From Malacoraja senta (Eukaryota), in assembly GCA_038087875.1 (NCBI GenBank), contig CM075988.1, forward strand, positions 1,550,001 to 1,614,000: a stretch of DNA of 64,000 bases, in the 5' to 3' direction. The stretch's first letter is position 1. Each line of letters starts with the position of its first letter. Below, in pieces: positions 49,626-61,816 of the stretch. The notes beneath the pieces were generated by a model. The model made no database searches. It was given only the letters and a program-made list of their open reading frames with translations, and was not told the origin of the DNA. Both the position numbers and the translations under genes were made by a program.

Positions 49626-49810
49626 AAGAACTGCAAATGCTGGTTTAAATCAAAGGTAGACACAAAATGCTGGAGTAACTCCGCGGAACAGGCAGCATCT
49701 CTGGAGAGAAGGAATGGGTAACATTTTGGGTCGAGTCTATCCTTCTCCATTCCTTCTATCCAGAGATGCTGCCTGTCCCGCTGAGTTACTCCAGCCGTTT
49801 GTATCTACCT
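49626..49810. mobile_element. PLE-terminus hairpin mini-element
   Basis: Inverted arms, long (tailed) arm on the left; degenerate flanking repeat tagaat...cattttt. Confidence 0.7.
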
Positions 49811-51025
49811 TAGAATGAGCATTTTTGAAACGTGGTAGGAGAAATATGATGACAGAATGGAGGGGATGGATCACACGGACATGTGAATTAGGAGCAGGAC
49901 AGGCTCACTTAGCTCTCAAATCTGCTCCACTATTTAACGTGCTCATGGCTGAACAGTGAATAACCTTTCACTCCTTCCCTTCACTCCTTCACTATCTCCA
50001 CATAAACATATTCAACGACTGTTCCCATTGCCCTTTGAGGAAGATTCCTGAACCTCTGGGAGAAAATATTTCACCTCATCTGTTTTAAATGGGCAACTCT
50101 TTTGTTTTAACCAGTGACCACTGGATCTAGATTCTCCACAAGAGGAAACATCCTCTCCACATCCTTACTGTCTACAACCCTTAAGCTCATTTCAATCAAA
50201 TCCTCTGATGTTGTAATCTCCATCAGATATATACCCAGATTCTCCAATCAGAGAGCCAGGTTCGATCCTGACTACGGGTGCTATATGTACGGAGTTTGTA
50301 CGTTCTCCTCGTGACATGCATGGGTTTTCTCCCACAACTTTGTTTTCCTCCCACACTCCAAAGACGTGCAGGTCTGTAGGTTAGTTGGCTTGGTATAAAT
50401 GTTTAAATTGTCCCTAGTGTAGATTACTGGTCGCTGCGGACTCGGTGGGCTGAAGGCCTGTTTCCGTGCTGTATCTCTAAAATAAAATAAAGACCACCTG
50501 CCCATTTCAGTTGTTGGTGTAGATTTGCATCCAATACATTTACATTCTTCCTTAAATAGTCCAAAACTTGTGCATATGTTCCTGATCTAGCCTCATCAAT
50601 GCCCTAAATAAATGAAGCAGAAGTTCCATAATTTTGTAATCCATCCCCTCTCAAACAGCAATGACATTCTTTTATCCTTTTGAATCACTATATGCATACT
50701 TGGGGTCTGTGCATACTGACTTTGTGACTCCATTGACATTTGGACATGTTTTACAAAGTGTAGATGTGGAAACAGTTGGTGCAATAAAGGGATGGTGGCA
50801 CAAAGTGTGAATGTGTTGCGGTAGGTGTGTGCGGTATAAGATGTATAACTGAGTGGGTGACAGGACAGTGTAAGTGGAGTACAGCAGGTGAGTATGGAGG
50901 GGGTCGCTGTGGATGGAATTTGAGGTTGTGAGTGTGAAAGGTGCAGATAGCAGTGGTTGGACGGGGAGAGAAAGCCTTGGTGCTTTACTTATTGTGTCCT
51001 GTTCTGTCTTTGCATCAATGAACAG

Positions 51026-51181
51026 ATAAAGAAGCACATTCGCAGCTTCCACTCTGAGAAGATTTACCAGTGTACAGAATGTGACAAAGCCTTCTGCCGG
51101 CCGGACAAGTTGCGACTACATATGCTGCGACACTCGGATCGGAAAGACTTCCTATGCTCCACCTGTGGCAAGCAGTTCAAA
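51026..51181 (+). CDS. PRDM10: PRDM10 zinc-finger exon (52 codons)
   Basis: aacag|ATA...AAA|gtaagt; [52 protein letters not shown]; completes the finger begun in the previous exon. Confidence 0.95.
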
Positions 51182-52250
51182 GTAAGTGGTTGCCCAGTGC
51201 TGAAGTCAGCTGCTCCTGTTGTAATGGTGCATCTCCGTAGTTGTGTATGTGTTAGTGAGATTACTTACTGTCATCTTATTATTATCTGTGGGCTGTTCAC
51301 GTAGTTTGACACACCATAATTGTTGACAGAAAGGTTTTACTTGCCACTTAACAGAGAACTGAGGGAGGGGTGGGAGAGAAGGGGCAAAGGAAGAGCTGGA
51401 CATGAGCATGAGTGGTATGTGCACTGTATGTAGGTGTCAGATTGTCTTGGACCTTCTTGGATCAAGACCTTGCTCTGCCCAGACTCTGTGATACAGCCAC
51501 ATCTTTGCAAAGATTTCTGTACTTCAAAATCAGGTTCAACATAGGATAGGACAAGTTTAGAGGGATATGGACCAAGCCCAGGCAGGTGGGACTAGTTGAG
51601 CTGGGACATGTTGGTCGGTTGGGCCGAAGGGCCTGTTTCCACACGGTATCACTCTATGACTTTATGACTCTCTTACATCTGGAAAATTAAGATATCTAGA
51701 TGGCACCAGTAATGACAGAAAAATAATGCTCTGCCATCGTAGCCTGACAATTTGGATGCATTGACATCAACACTGCACTTTGAATGTGGTCATGCTGGGC
51801 AGGAGGTGTTGGGTATGTTACCTGGAATGGCAAACTGGAACATCATCCTCACGGGTTTAATGTCGTCAGGAATGTGCTCGCCTGGATCTCAGCCACTATC
51901 CTTGGGGATGAATATATCAGGGCTCGAAATTAGCAGTTGCCCGGGTGCCATTGACCACCCAAAGTGTCGCCGAGCAACCTAAACGGCGACTCATTTTGCC
52001 CGGCTTGGCATGCAGATACTGGTTTATACCGATAGACACAAAAAACTGGAGTAACCCCGCGGGTCAGGCAGCATCTCTGGCGAATAGGAACATGACGTTT
52101 CGCGTTGGTGGCGGCTGTATTGCGGGGCAAAGATACTAGGTGCGTGGTGACGAAGGGTCAGAGCGAATGACGGGCTCCGAACAGCGGCAGCAGCGGCCGC
52201 GAGAGCGGCTCCACCGCCTCCTCCTCCCGTACCCCGCCCGGCGGAAGGAG

Positions 52251-52419
52251 CCCTCCCTCCTCCCGGCCTCGGCGTGTGAGAGGGGTTGTTTTGAAAGCAC
52301 CGTTGGCGGATTGGCAAGCAGCGGCCACTATTGCCCTGATAACGGCCGCTGCTTGCCAATCCGCCAACGGCGCTTTCAAAACAACCCCTCTCGCAGGCCG
52401 AGGCCGGGAGGAGGGAGGG
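52251..52419. repeat. GC-rich near-perfect palindrome
   Basis: 76-bp arms 52251-52326 and 52344-52419, 17-nt loop. Confidence 0.9.
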
Positions 52420-52683
52420 AGGGGGGGAGAGGGAGGCCTCCTTCTGCCGTCTAAAGCAGCTGCACCAAAGGTCCTATAGCTATAGGATCTTTGAGCTGCA
52501 CCGCTCGGCCCCGCACCTTCCTGTCGGCTGGCGGAGGAGGGGAGGCGGCAGCGAGGAGTTCCCAACCGACACCCCTTTGGCGGCGGCACTTTGGCGTTGG
52601 ACAGGGACGGCCAAGGCAGCGGGTCGTTGTTGTCCGAAGAGCGCTGACCTTCCTTTCTCCCCACCTCCTCTGCCCCTTCCCCC

Positions 52684-52730
<47 letters not shown>

Positions 52731-52929
52731 ACGCCCCCCTCCACCCCTCTTATCCTGGGACCCCTCCTTTCCATCCCGCACTGATCCCCATTCCCTCCTC
52801 TATTCAGTCCTCACTGACATCCCCTGTGCTCCCCTCCCCATCTACCACCCCCCCCCCCAATCTATTCATCACCCTACCCTCCTCGCATTGATTCTCCTGC
52901 CCCCCTCCCGCCCCATCCATCCTACACTG

Positions 52930-53293
52930 GTCCCCCAATTCATCCTGTACTGACCCCCCTTCCCATCCATCCTGCACTTCTCCCCCCATTCATACTGCAC
53001 TGATCCTCCCATTCATCCCGTACTGACCCACCCTCCATTTACCCTGCACCAATCCCCCCCATCCATCCTGTAGTGATCTTCCCATTCATCTTTTACTGAT
53101 CCCCCATTCATCCTGTACTGATCCCCTCATTCATCCCGTACTGATCCCCCATTCATCCTATACTGATCCCCTCATTCGTCCTGTAGTGATCCCCCAATCA
53201 TCCTGCACAGACCCTCCGATCCACACTGTCCAGACCCCCCCCCCCCCCCCCCAATTCATCCTGTACGGATCCCCCTCATTCATCCTGTGCTGA
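52930..53293 (+). repeat. About 22-bp minisatellite (cccattcatcctgtactgatcc)
   Basis: More than 10 degenerate tandem units are visible. Confidence 0.85.
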
Positions 53294-53951
53294 TGGGTTT
53301 CGGCCTGAAACGTTGCCTATTTCCTTCACTCCATAGATGCGGCTGCAAAACCAAAAAGCTCCAAAAACTGTTCCAGTGCAATCTGCTCATCTCCAGATAC
53401 AAACAGAACATGTAAAAACACTCAGCAGGTCAAGCAGCATCTGTGGAACGAGCGCTTTATTATTCCGCCAAGTTCGGTGCCGCAATAGATATCTATTTCT
53501 CTTCCTTCATAATGCCAAAGCTTACAAAAGCTTCAAAATCTCTTGGATTCCAATCTATAAGACATACGAGCACAATTAGACCATTTGACCCATTGAATCT
53601 GCCCTGCCACTCCAGATCTTTCTTCAACTGTCCTTTCTTCTAACCTTGTCCCCTTCCTGCCCCTAACCTCCTCCCCGCAGTGTTTTCACCATCCCGCTCG
53701 TCTTCCTGTCAATGAGTCGGAATAATCATTCCTTAGCAGAGGGTTTTTTCTTCCTCCTTTGTCTTCGTATTACATTGAGTCTGACATGATGATCTAGTCT
53801 TTGCTGCCTCTGCCTCCATGCCTATTGCTTTGGTCAAAGGTGTTAACACAAGCCTGTGAACTGGGACCCCTCCTACCCCCTGGGCCCATACGTTCTGCAA
53901 TCGCTTCATTGTAACTGAAGTGGCATGTGAGGTTAACTTGATTTTTCCACA

Positions 53952-53954
<3 letters not shown>

Positions 53955-54015
<61 letters not shown>

Positions 54016-54069
54016 TCTCCCTCTCCCTCTCCCTCTCCCTCTCCCTCTCCCTCTCTCTCTCTCTCTCTC
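53955..54069 (+). repeat. (CT)n / (CTCCCT)n microsatellite
   Basis: Read directly from the sequence. Confidence 0.95.
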
Positions 54070-57062
54070 CACTTTACTGTCCTCTCACCTTGCAGCACAG
54101 CACCTCGTCAGATCCAAATTCGTCAACGTCAACTAGTTTGGCATTTGATCTCTGATCACAAAACCAAAACAACACGGACACACCCTCATCCCTTCCTCTG
54201 GACCGTGACTCCACCAACTACGAGTACCAAGTAACGGGTCCTGTGTGAGACAAGATGTAGTTGCTGTCAGCTACTACAAATCAGCAGATATATTGAAAGC
54301 ACTCTTTGCTAATCTGCATTAAGTTATCAAGTTGACCAAATTCCTGATTTTGATCAACCTGTCCTTTTAAACTGCACTCTGTGTGAGCAAAGCTAGCTGA
54401 ACCTTTCCTCACGAAAGCTTGGACATAAATATTGAATCTCAGCATCTTGTGCATCTTGTAGATGATGCGCACTGCAGTCGTGGTGCATAAATGGTGAAGG
54501 GAACAAACATTAGGGATGATGTTTGGACACCAGTCAAGCTACTTTTTCCTGCATGGTATCAAGCTTCTTGATTGTTTCTAGAGCTGCACTGATCCAGGCA
54601 AGTGGGGAGCATTTCATCACACGCCTGCCTTGTGATTTGTAGATGCAAATGCTGGTCACAGTATTTATGTGACTATTCGCTTGACCTCCTGGTCACATGT
54701 GACCTCTACTCCAATATGTCAATCATGGAAGCCTCAGCAACAGTAAATGTCATTGAATGTCAACGATAGAGATTTATATTCTTTCTTGTTGGAGATGGTT
54801 ATTCCTTGGCACTTGTATGATGCACGTTACTGGCCATTTACCAGTCCCTGCCTGAATGTTGTCGAGGTCATGCATTGAGCAGCCACGGACAGCATCATTT
54901 TCAGTGGAATTGAACGTTGTGAGGTCATCGGCAAATAACCATCTTCTGATCTAATGAAGGAAGGGAGAACATTGATGACGATAGTTGGTCCAAGGGCACT
55001 TGTCTGAGAAGCTCTTGCAGTGCTGTCATGGGGCTGAGCTCCTAACAAATGCATCCATCTTCCTTTGTACAAAGTATGACTTCAAATAGTGGAGTTTTCC
55101 CTTGATTCCTATTGAAATCAATGTGACCAAAATTCCCTGATGTTAACATGAGTTACTCATCACACCTTCATCCAGGTTTGGACCAGGATTGTGATGATGC
55201 CTGGAGTTGAGTAGTCTTTGTAAAAAAGCAGGTCGAACATGAATGAAGAATTCACAGAGTGCTTCCTGGTGGCACAGTTGATGACAGCATTCATTACTTT
55301 GATAATGATCAGGGGATAATATCATCTAATATTGCATTTGGCATTGGTTTATTATAGAGGTGCAGTGAAAAGCCTTTGTTTGCGCGCTTTCTAATCAAAT
55401 CTGATGAAAGAAGGGTCTCGACATGAAACGTCACCCATTCCTTCTCTCCAGAGATGCTGCCTGTCCCGCTGAGTTACTCCAGCATTTGTGTCTACCTGAT
55501 GATACTATTCATGAATACAATCAACCCCTTATACAAGTACAACAGATAGATTGAAGAGAAAAATATCAGAGTGCAGAATATTTTTTTTCCAGCATTGTAT
55601 GACTTACAGAACTCTGTTTCAGAGCAAAAGTCCAGTATCTGCAATGAGGTAGGTTGGAAGATCAGGACTATACCTAGCTCACTGAAAGACTGCTCAGACG
55701 TCTGATCATAGAGGAACGAAGCTGTTTCTGAGTCTGATGGTATGTGCAATTTCTGATGCGGTCAGTAGTTAGCTGTTGGATTTGACTTGCCTTTTGTGAA
55801 GAGACTATTTCTGGATAGATTTCCACATTGGCAGTTTAACGTCAATATTGTACTGGCACTGAAGTATCTTGTGTAGATATCTTGTGAAGTATCTTGTACA
55901 GCCACTTCTGGGGCATCTTCATTACAGTCGCCTGTTGTCTGGTCCCACAACCATGCCTTCTACTGTGCTATCAGCTATTTCTTAATATCTAACAGAATGG
56001 ATTATCTTGGCTGCAGACTGACATCTATGATGTGGTGACCCCAGGAGAAAGCTTAGTGGGATTATCCATTCATGCTGAAAATGGTGACCTATATCTGGGC
56101 CATTTCTTTAGAGTTTACTAGATACAGCACAGAAATAGGCCCTTCAGCCCACCGAGCCTACTCCGACCAGTGATTCTCGTACACTAAGTACAAATTACAA
56201 TTTACAGAAGCCAAGTAACCTACAAACCTGCATGTCTTTGGAATGTGGGAGGAAACCAGAACGCCCGGAGAAAACCCAAGCGATCACAGGGAGCACCCGT
56301 GTTCAGGATCGAACCAGGATCGGGTGCTGTAAGGCATCAATTGTACTGCTGCGCCACTATGCCGCTCCCTTGGCACGGGTGCTGGGCTGCATTGTCACAG
56401 GGCTGGGGAATGTCACTGGACCCTCCCCCATCTCACAGTTGTTTAGTTGAACGGCTTTTATGACTGGACATGGCAGGACGTCAGGTTTGAGGTGATCCAT
56501 TGGCTGTAGGATTGATTTGTTCTGCGTTATAGTATTCCGCTTTTCCTAATTACCACAGTAATCATGTGCTGCAAATTCAGTTAGGGATCGCATGTACTCC
56601 TGGTGCTGCTGCTAGAATGCGTTTCTGCACTTCTCGCTGAACCCACATTGATCCTTGGCTTGGTTATAATGATGTGCAGGACAATGGTGAATAGAATCCT
56701 GCTGTTTAGTGACCTTTGAACCCTTTTGGATGCCCAGTGTGCAACTGCAATCCGTTCTGAATCTAATCATTTAGCCTGATGGATGTACAACACAAGACAA
56801 TGCAGCATTTCACAATCTTCATAAGAGCTATGTTCCAATCACTACTCCCATTGCTTTGGGGTGAAGATATATCTACAACAAATGGACGTTAGGATGTCAA
56901 ACCTGTTCAATCAGTTGTTAGGTCCATCACCACTTGCCACAGCCAGTCTGGCAGTTATGTTTTTCAGCTTAGTCAGTGGTATTGGTGATGGACATTCAAG
57001 ACCCAGACCTTTGCTACTTTGAGCTTCTGCCAAATCATGCTTAACACAGATTCATCAGCTTC

Positions 57063-57820
57063 ACAATTACAATCACAATCACAATAATACTTTATTAGCC
57101 AAGTATGTTTTGCAACATACGAGGAATTTCATTTGCCAAGTCAGTCATACAAATAAAAAGCAACGGAACACACAAAATACATTTTAACATAAACATCCAC
57201 CACAGTGACTCCTCCACATTTCTCACTGTGATGGAAAGCGAAAAGTTCAAATCTCTTCCCTTCTGTGTTCTTCCGTGGTCGGGGACCTCGAGCCCTCCAT
57301 TGACGGGACGATCTTGACTACCGTAGCTGGCGGTGTTTGGGCCCTCCGCATCGGGGCGATCAGCTCCTGCATCGGGTGGATGTCAGCTCCCCCTGAGTTG
57401 GCGATCGGACCCCACGTCGGGACTGGTCGAGCCTCTGGTCGTTGGAGCATCCCGACTCAGGCTCTCCCGAGACTGCGAGCTCTTGATGGTAAGTCCGCAG
57501 GCAAGGGATCAGCTCTGATGTTCAATCCACGCCACGCGGTGGAGCTCAAGGCAGTCCGAGGAGGCCTCCAGCTCCAAGATGGTAGGCAGCAGAGCGACCG
57601 GAGATACCACCCGAAAATTAATCGCATCTCCGGCAAGGTAAGAAACTGAAAAAAAGTTTCCCCTTCCCCCTCCCCCTCCCCCTCCCCCTCCCCCCACATA
57701 AAACAAATTGGAGAACATTTGTACAAACTTTTATCACACACTAAAAATTAAAAAAAGACGAAAAATAGACAGACTGTTGGCCAATCGACAGACTGCTGCC
57801 AATCGTGTGGCGCCCCTGGT
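57063..57820 (-). mobile_element. GC-rich SINE-like element, divergent copy 3
   Basis: Shares aacatcc...cacagtga...ctcactgtgatggaa and the A-rich aaaatagacagac block with copies 1 and 2; different 3' tail. Confidence 0.6.
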
Positions 57821-57999
57821 GGTAGTTTTGGGTGGTAAAACGATCGTTTGTTCTGATTGTGTTAGTCTTCCTGGTATCAATGTTAAGAACTGGTAGAGGC
57901 ACTCCTCCTTCGCTGCTTACAGCTGTCTGGGTTGGTCCCTTGTTGGATCACAACAGATCCAAGGTTTGTGATGCAGCTGAGCACATAGTAAAATATCAC

Positions 58000-58096
58000 A
58001 GGTACACAAAAATGCTGGAGAAACTCAGCGGGTGCAGCAGCATCTATGGAGCGAAGGAAATAGGTAACGTTTCGGGCCGAAACCCTTCTTCAGACT
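58000..58096 (-). mobile_element. 97-nt hammerhead-containing PLE-terminus insert
   Basis: 16-bp direct repeat catagtaaaatatcac at 57984-57999 and 58097-58112. Confidence 0.8.
58066..58093 (-). ncRNA. Minimal hammerhead ribozyme motif, core intact
   Basis: The - strand reads CTGAAGA-a-gggt(ttcg)gccc-GAAAC-GTT. Confidence 0.65.
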
Positions 58097-58877
58097 CATA
58101 GTAAAATATCACTCTGTGCCTTGGACAATATCAGGCTGTGTTTTACAATTCTTTTGGAAACTTTGCCATTTGAAACACCTGTAAAGAGGATTTTGTTGGG
58201 TCAAGTTGACAGGAATGTTTTGTCATCTCCAAATCGATTGTTAATAAAACCATTGTTGTCTAACCAGTTGTATTCAAATTCATACAATCAGAGAGTTGCA
58301 CAACTTGGAAACAGGCCCAGTTGCCCAACTCGTCAATGCCAGCCAAAATATCTATCAGAGCTGCATTTGTGTGCATTTGGCCCATATCCCTCTAAACGTC
58401 ACAGGCCGGAATGGGCGAAATGTGACTTCATGCGGGCTGGATCAGTTGTGCACGCGCGAACGCACGCTCCCACAGCTTTCGTCGCCTTCGTTTTTTTCAA
58501 CCTGCTCTCATGTGTCTCAGTCTCTGTTCCAACTACAAAGTGTTTCACTTTACGAATTTTGTTTCGTATGAAGAAGATTGCCGAGCCAGCATTACTTTTA
58601 TGATTGGTATTAACTTACAGTCTTAGGCTACAAGAAAGTTATGATGAGAGAGAGAAAAAACAGGCTATTTTGGCTAAGATTGTTTCGGGAGCGACACCCT
58701 TTCCATTTTAATAAACCATTTGAAATCGAACAATAGCAGACACAAATGTAAACCTAACGAAACAAATTGTAAATGTAGGCTACTCAACAGCACCTCATTT
58801 TTATTTGCCTGCTTCCAGCAATCAAACTCAGACAATGAACACAGTTAGCCTCTAATTTTTATTGAAGTGATCACAGT

Positions 58878-59340
58878 TACATAGATACATAGATACATAG
58901 AAAATAGGTGCAGGAGTAGGCCATTCGGCCCTTCGAGCCTGCACCGCCATTCAATATGATCATGGCTGATCATCCAACTCAGTATCCCGTACCTGCCTTC
59001 TCTCCATACCCCCTGATCCCTTTAGCCACAAGGGCCACATCTAACTCCCTCTTAAATATAGCCAATGAACTGGCCTCAACTACCCTCTGTGGCAGAGAGT
59101 TCCAGAGATTCACCACTCTCTGTGTGAAAAAGTTTTTCCTCATCTCGGTCTTAAAGGATTTCCCCCTTATCCTTAAGCTGTGACCCCTTGTCCTGGACTT
59201 CCCCAACATCGGGAACAATCTTCCTGCATCTAGCCTGTCCAACCCCATAAAAATGTTGTACGTTTCTATAAGATCCCCTCTCAATCTCCTAAATTCTAGC
59301 GAGTATAAGCCAAGTCTATCCAGTCTTTCTTCATATGACA
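58878..59340 (-). mobile_element. CR1 3' fragment
   Basis: Open ORF 58979-59341; (ctatgtat)n tail. Confidence 0.9.
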
Positions 59341-59442
59341 ATAATAGAATAGTCAGAAAATGAATGAATCACAATATTATAACAATATTTCATAATGCAT
59401 TTTGCTTCCTGTCGCAGTGCATCGAACAGTGTCACTCATTTT

Positions 59443-60362
59443 TCACTTGCTGCTTCCAGGCACGTGACACCTCTTGGGTTTAACCAGCCTGTCAACATCA
59501 GGGACCAGTTTCTGGGCTGTTGTGATTTTCATAATGTCATTTAGATGTCAATGTGTCAGCTGCGAGCGCAGTTTGGATTTGTTAATGGTCATTATGGAGA
59601 ATGCCTGCTCACAGAGATATGTTGTCCCGAACATGCAAAGGATCTTTGAGGCAAAGTCTGTTATCTTGGGTACATCGGTCCCAGGTATTGATAGAATGAG
59701 TCCAGACCCACAGTCTCATCATGAGTCTCTTGGCTTTTGGAGAACACTGATTGCTGGTTTTTCAGAGCTGCTTCAAGCTCGTTTACCTTTTGGGTTCTGA
59801 GTCGTCCTGCGTACTTGTCATATTTTTGTCCGTGAGATGTCTCATAGTGTCGTTTGATATTGTACTCTTTTGCCACAGCCACTTGTTGCGAGCATATCAG
59901 ACACACAGGTTTGCCGTTGACCTCACAGAAGAAAAAAAGATCCTTCCAATTATTGTTGAATATCTGACCTTCGATATCAACTTTTCTTTTCTCGGAAAGC
60001 ATTTTGAACCACAGCAGCAAACAGTCTCAGCCTTGCTACAGATGTTACATACCTTAGTACTCTGTGTGTTTATACTGTGTCTTACGACGTAAGTGGGGCC
60101 CTAGTGGTCTTCAGTGCAGAGTGGTAGATGCTTATGCACAGCGGGTGGTTAACTGCGCCTATTGTTTTCTAAGTACACACAACAAGCTGCCGGCACAGCA
60201 GGCGGCATAGACAGCGGTGGGAGAGAGAGAGAGCGGCTGCCGTACAGATACATAATAAATGGTCGTGAATAAACTGTTTTTTTCCCCAAATCATCCCGTG
60301 GGCCGATTTGGAGCCCTTCGCAGACCGGATGCAGCCCGCGGGCCGGTAGTTTGACACCTCTA
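59443..60362 (-). mobile_element. hAT (Charlie / GTF2IRD2-like) transposon, internally deleted
   Basis: BED-finger KPVCLIC...NIKRHYETSH joined to C-terminal FGTTYLCEQAFS; terminus tagaggtgtcaaactaccggcccgcggg at 60362; other end not located. Confidence 0.8.
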
Positions 60363-61618
60363 TAACCATATAACCATTACAGCACGGAAAACGGGCCATC
60401 TCGGCCCTTCAAGTCCGTGCCGAACATTTTTTTTTATTTTTACTTCCCCCTAGTCCCATCTACCTGCACTCAGACCATAACCCTCCATTCCTTTCCTGTC
60501 CATATACCCATCCAATCTAATTTTAAAGGATAAAATCGAACCTGCCTCCACCACTTCCACTGGAAGCTCATTCCACACAGCTACCACTCTCTGAGTAAAG
60601 AAGTTCCCCCTAATGTTACCCCTAAACTTCTGTCCCTTAATTCTCGTCATGTCCCCTTGTTTGAATCTTCCCTACTCTCAATAGGAAAAGCTTATCCACG
60701 TCAACTCTGTCTAACCCGCTCATAATTTTAAAGACCTCTATCAAGTCCCCTCTTAACCTTCTGTGCTCCAAAGAATAAAGACCTAACTTGTTCAACCTTT
60801 CTCTGTAACTCCTGCTCTAAACCTTTTCTAATGTCTTTCAAACTTTGTAATTGTACCCGCCTCTGCCACTCCCTCTGGCAAGTCATTCCATATATGCACC
60901 CTCTCTTTCCCCTCTCACGTCGTCTAGTTTCAGACTCCCCTCCCTGGTAAAAAGATTCAATTCTTAATTGGCAGAAGAAAGTCCCTATCTTTCCAGCCTC
61001 TCCTTATAACAAGCTGTCAGTCCCACTAAATCCTCATGATCCCTTTCAAGCTTAATGATATTCTTCCTGTAGTAGATGACCAGAATTGCTCAAAGTACAC
61101 CCAGTGAGGTGTCTCCATGACTTATACAGTTGCAATATGACATCCCATCTTCTGTACTCAATCACTTGACTGATGAAGGTTGTAATTGGATACATGCCTT
61201 CACTGTCCACTACAGAAACAATTTGGTGTTTGCAAACTTACTAACCTTATTAACAACAAAATCATCCAAATATTAACAAAGATGATAAACAGCAATGCAC
61301 CCAGCACTGATCCTTGTGGCACTCCATTGGTGACAGACTGCAATGCTAATAGCAACCCTCCACTACCGCCCTCTGACTCCTACCATAGAGGTAATGTTCT
61401 AACTAATTGGGTAGTTCATTCTGAATCTCCCAATGTAACCATTCATATTGGTCTGCAATGTGGAATCCTATCAAAAGTCTTGCTGAAATCCACATGAACA
61501 ACATCTACCATCTTGCCCTCATCAATCAGTTTTGTCATATCCTCAAAAAGCTCAATCAAATTTGGGAGACAATTCAGCTGTGCAGGAAGGAACTACAGTT
61601 GCCGGTGTAAACTGAAGA

Positions 61619-61802
61619 TTGGCAGTCGGGGGTAGGGTCACGTGACTGGGTAATGGCAGGAAGGAGTTTAGGGGTGTGGCCTAGTATATGTATGGAGTCC
61701 TGGATCAGCCCTCCCCCATTCGCCTGTGTGTTGATCTCTTTACCTGAGCAATAAAGTTCTCTTTGTTTTCACCACGCGTGGCTCGTTTATTCGCCCGCCA
61801 TA
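61619..61802 (+). repeat. 5' LTR (first ~41 bp missing)
   Basis: Matches 63882-64000; contains TATA-like tatatg and aataaa; ends cgccata. Confidence 0.85.
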
Positions 61803-61803
61803 T

Positions 61804-61816
61804 TGGTGACCCCAAC
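61804..61816 (+). other. Primer-binding site, tRNA-Trp
   Basis: tggtgaccccaac versus the tRNA-Trp complement TGGTGACCCCGAC. Confidence 0.75.

Noticed and set aside
52930..53293. CRISPR-like array
   Set aside because: Tandem degenerate units with no unique spacers, in a eukaryotic context.
53733..54234. ORFs with poly-ER or poly-LS
   Set aside because: Microsatellite translation artefacts.
54470..57060. Possible old LINE on the - strand
   Set aside because: Too decayed to assign a family or boundaries by eye.
57805..57822. CTCF-like motif at the head of SINE-like copy 3
   Set aside because: One G short of consensus spacing and not shared by copies 1 and 2.
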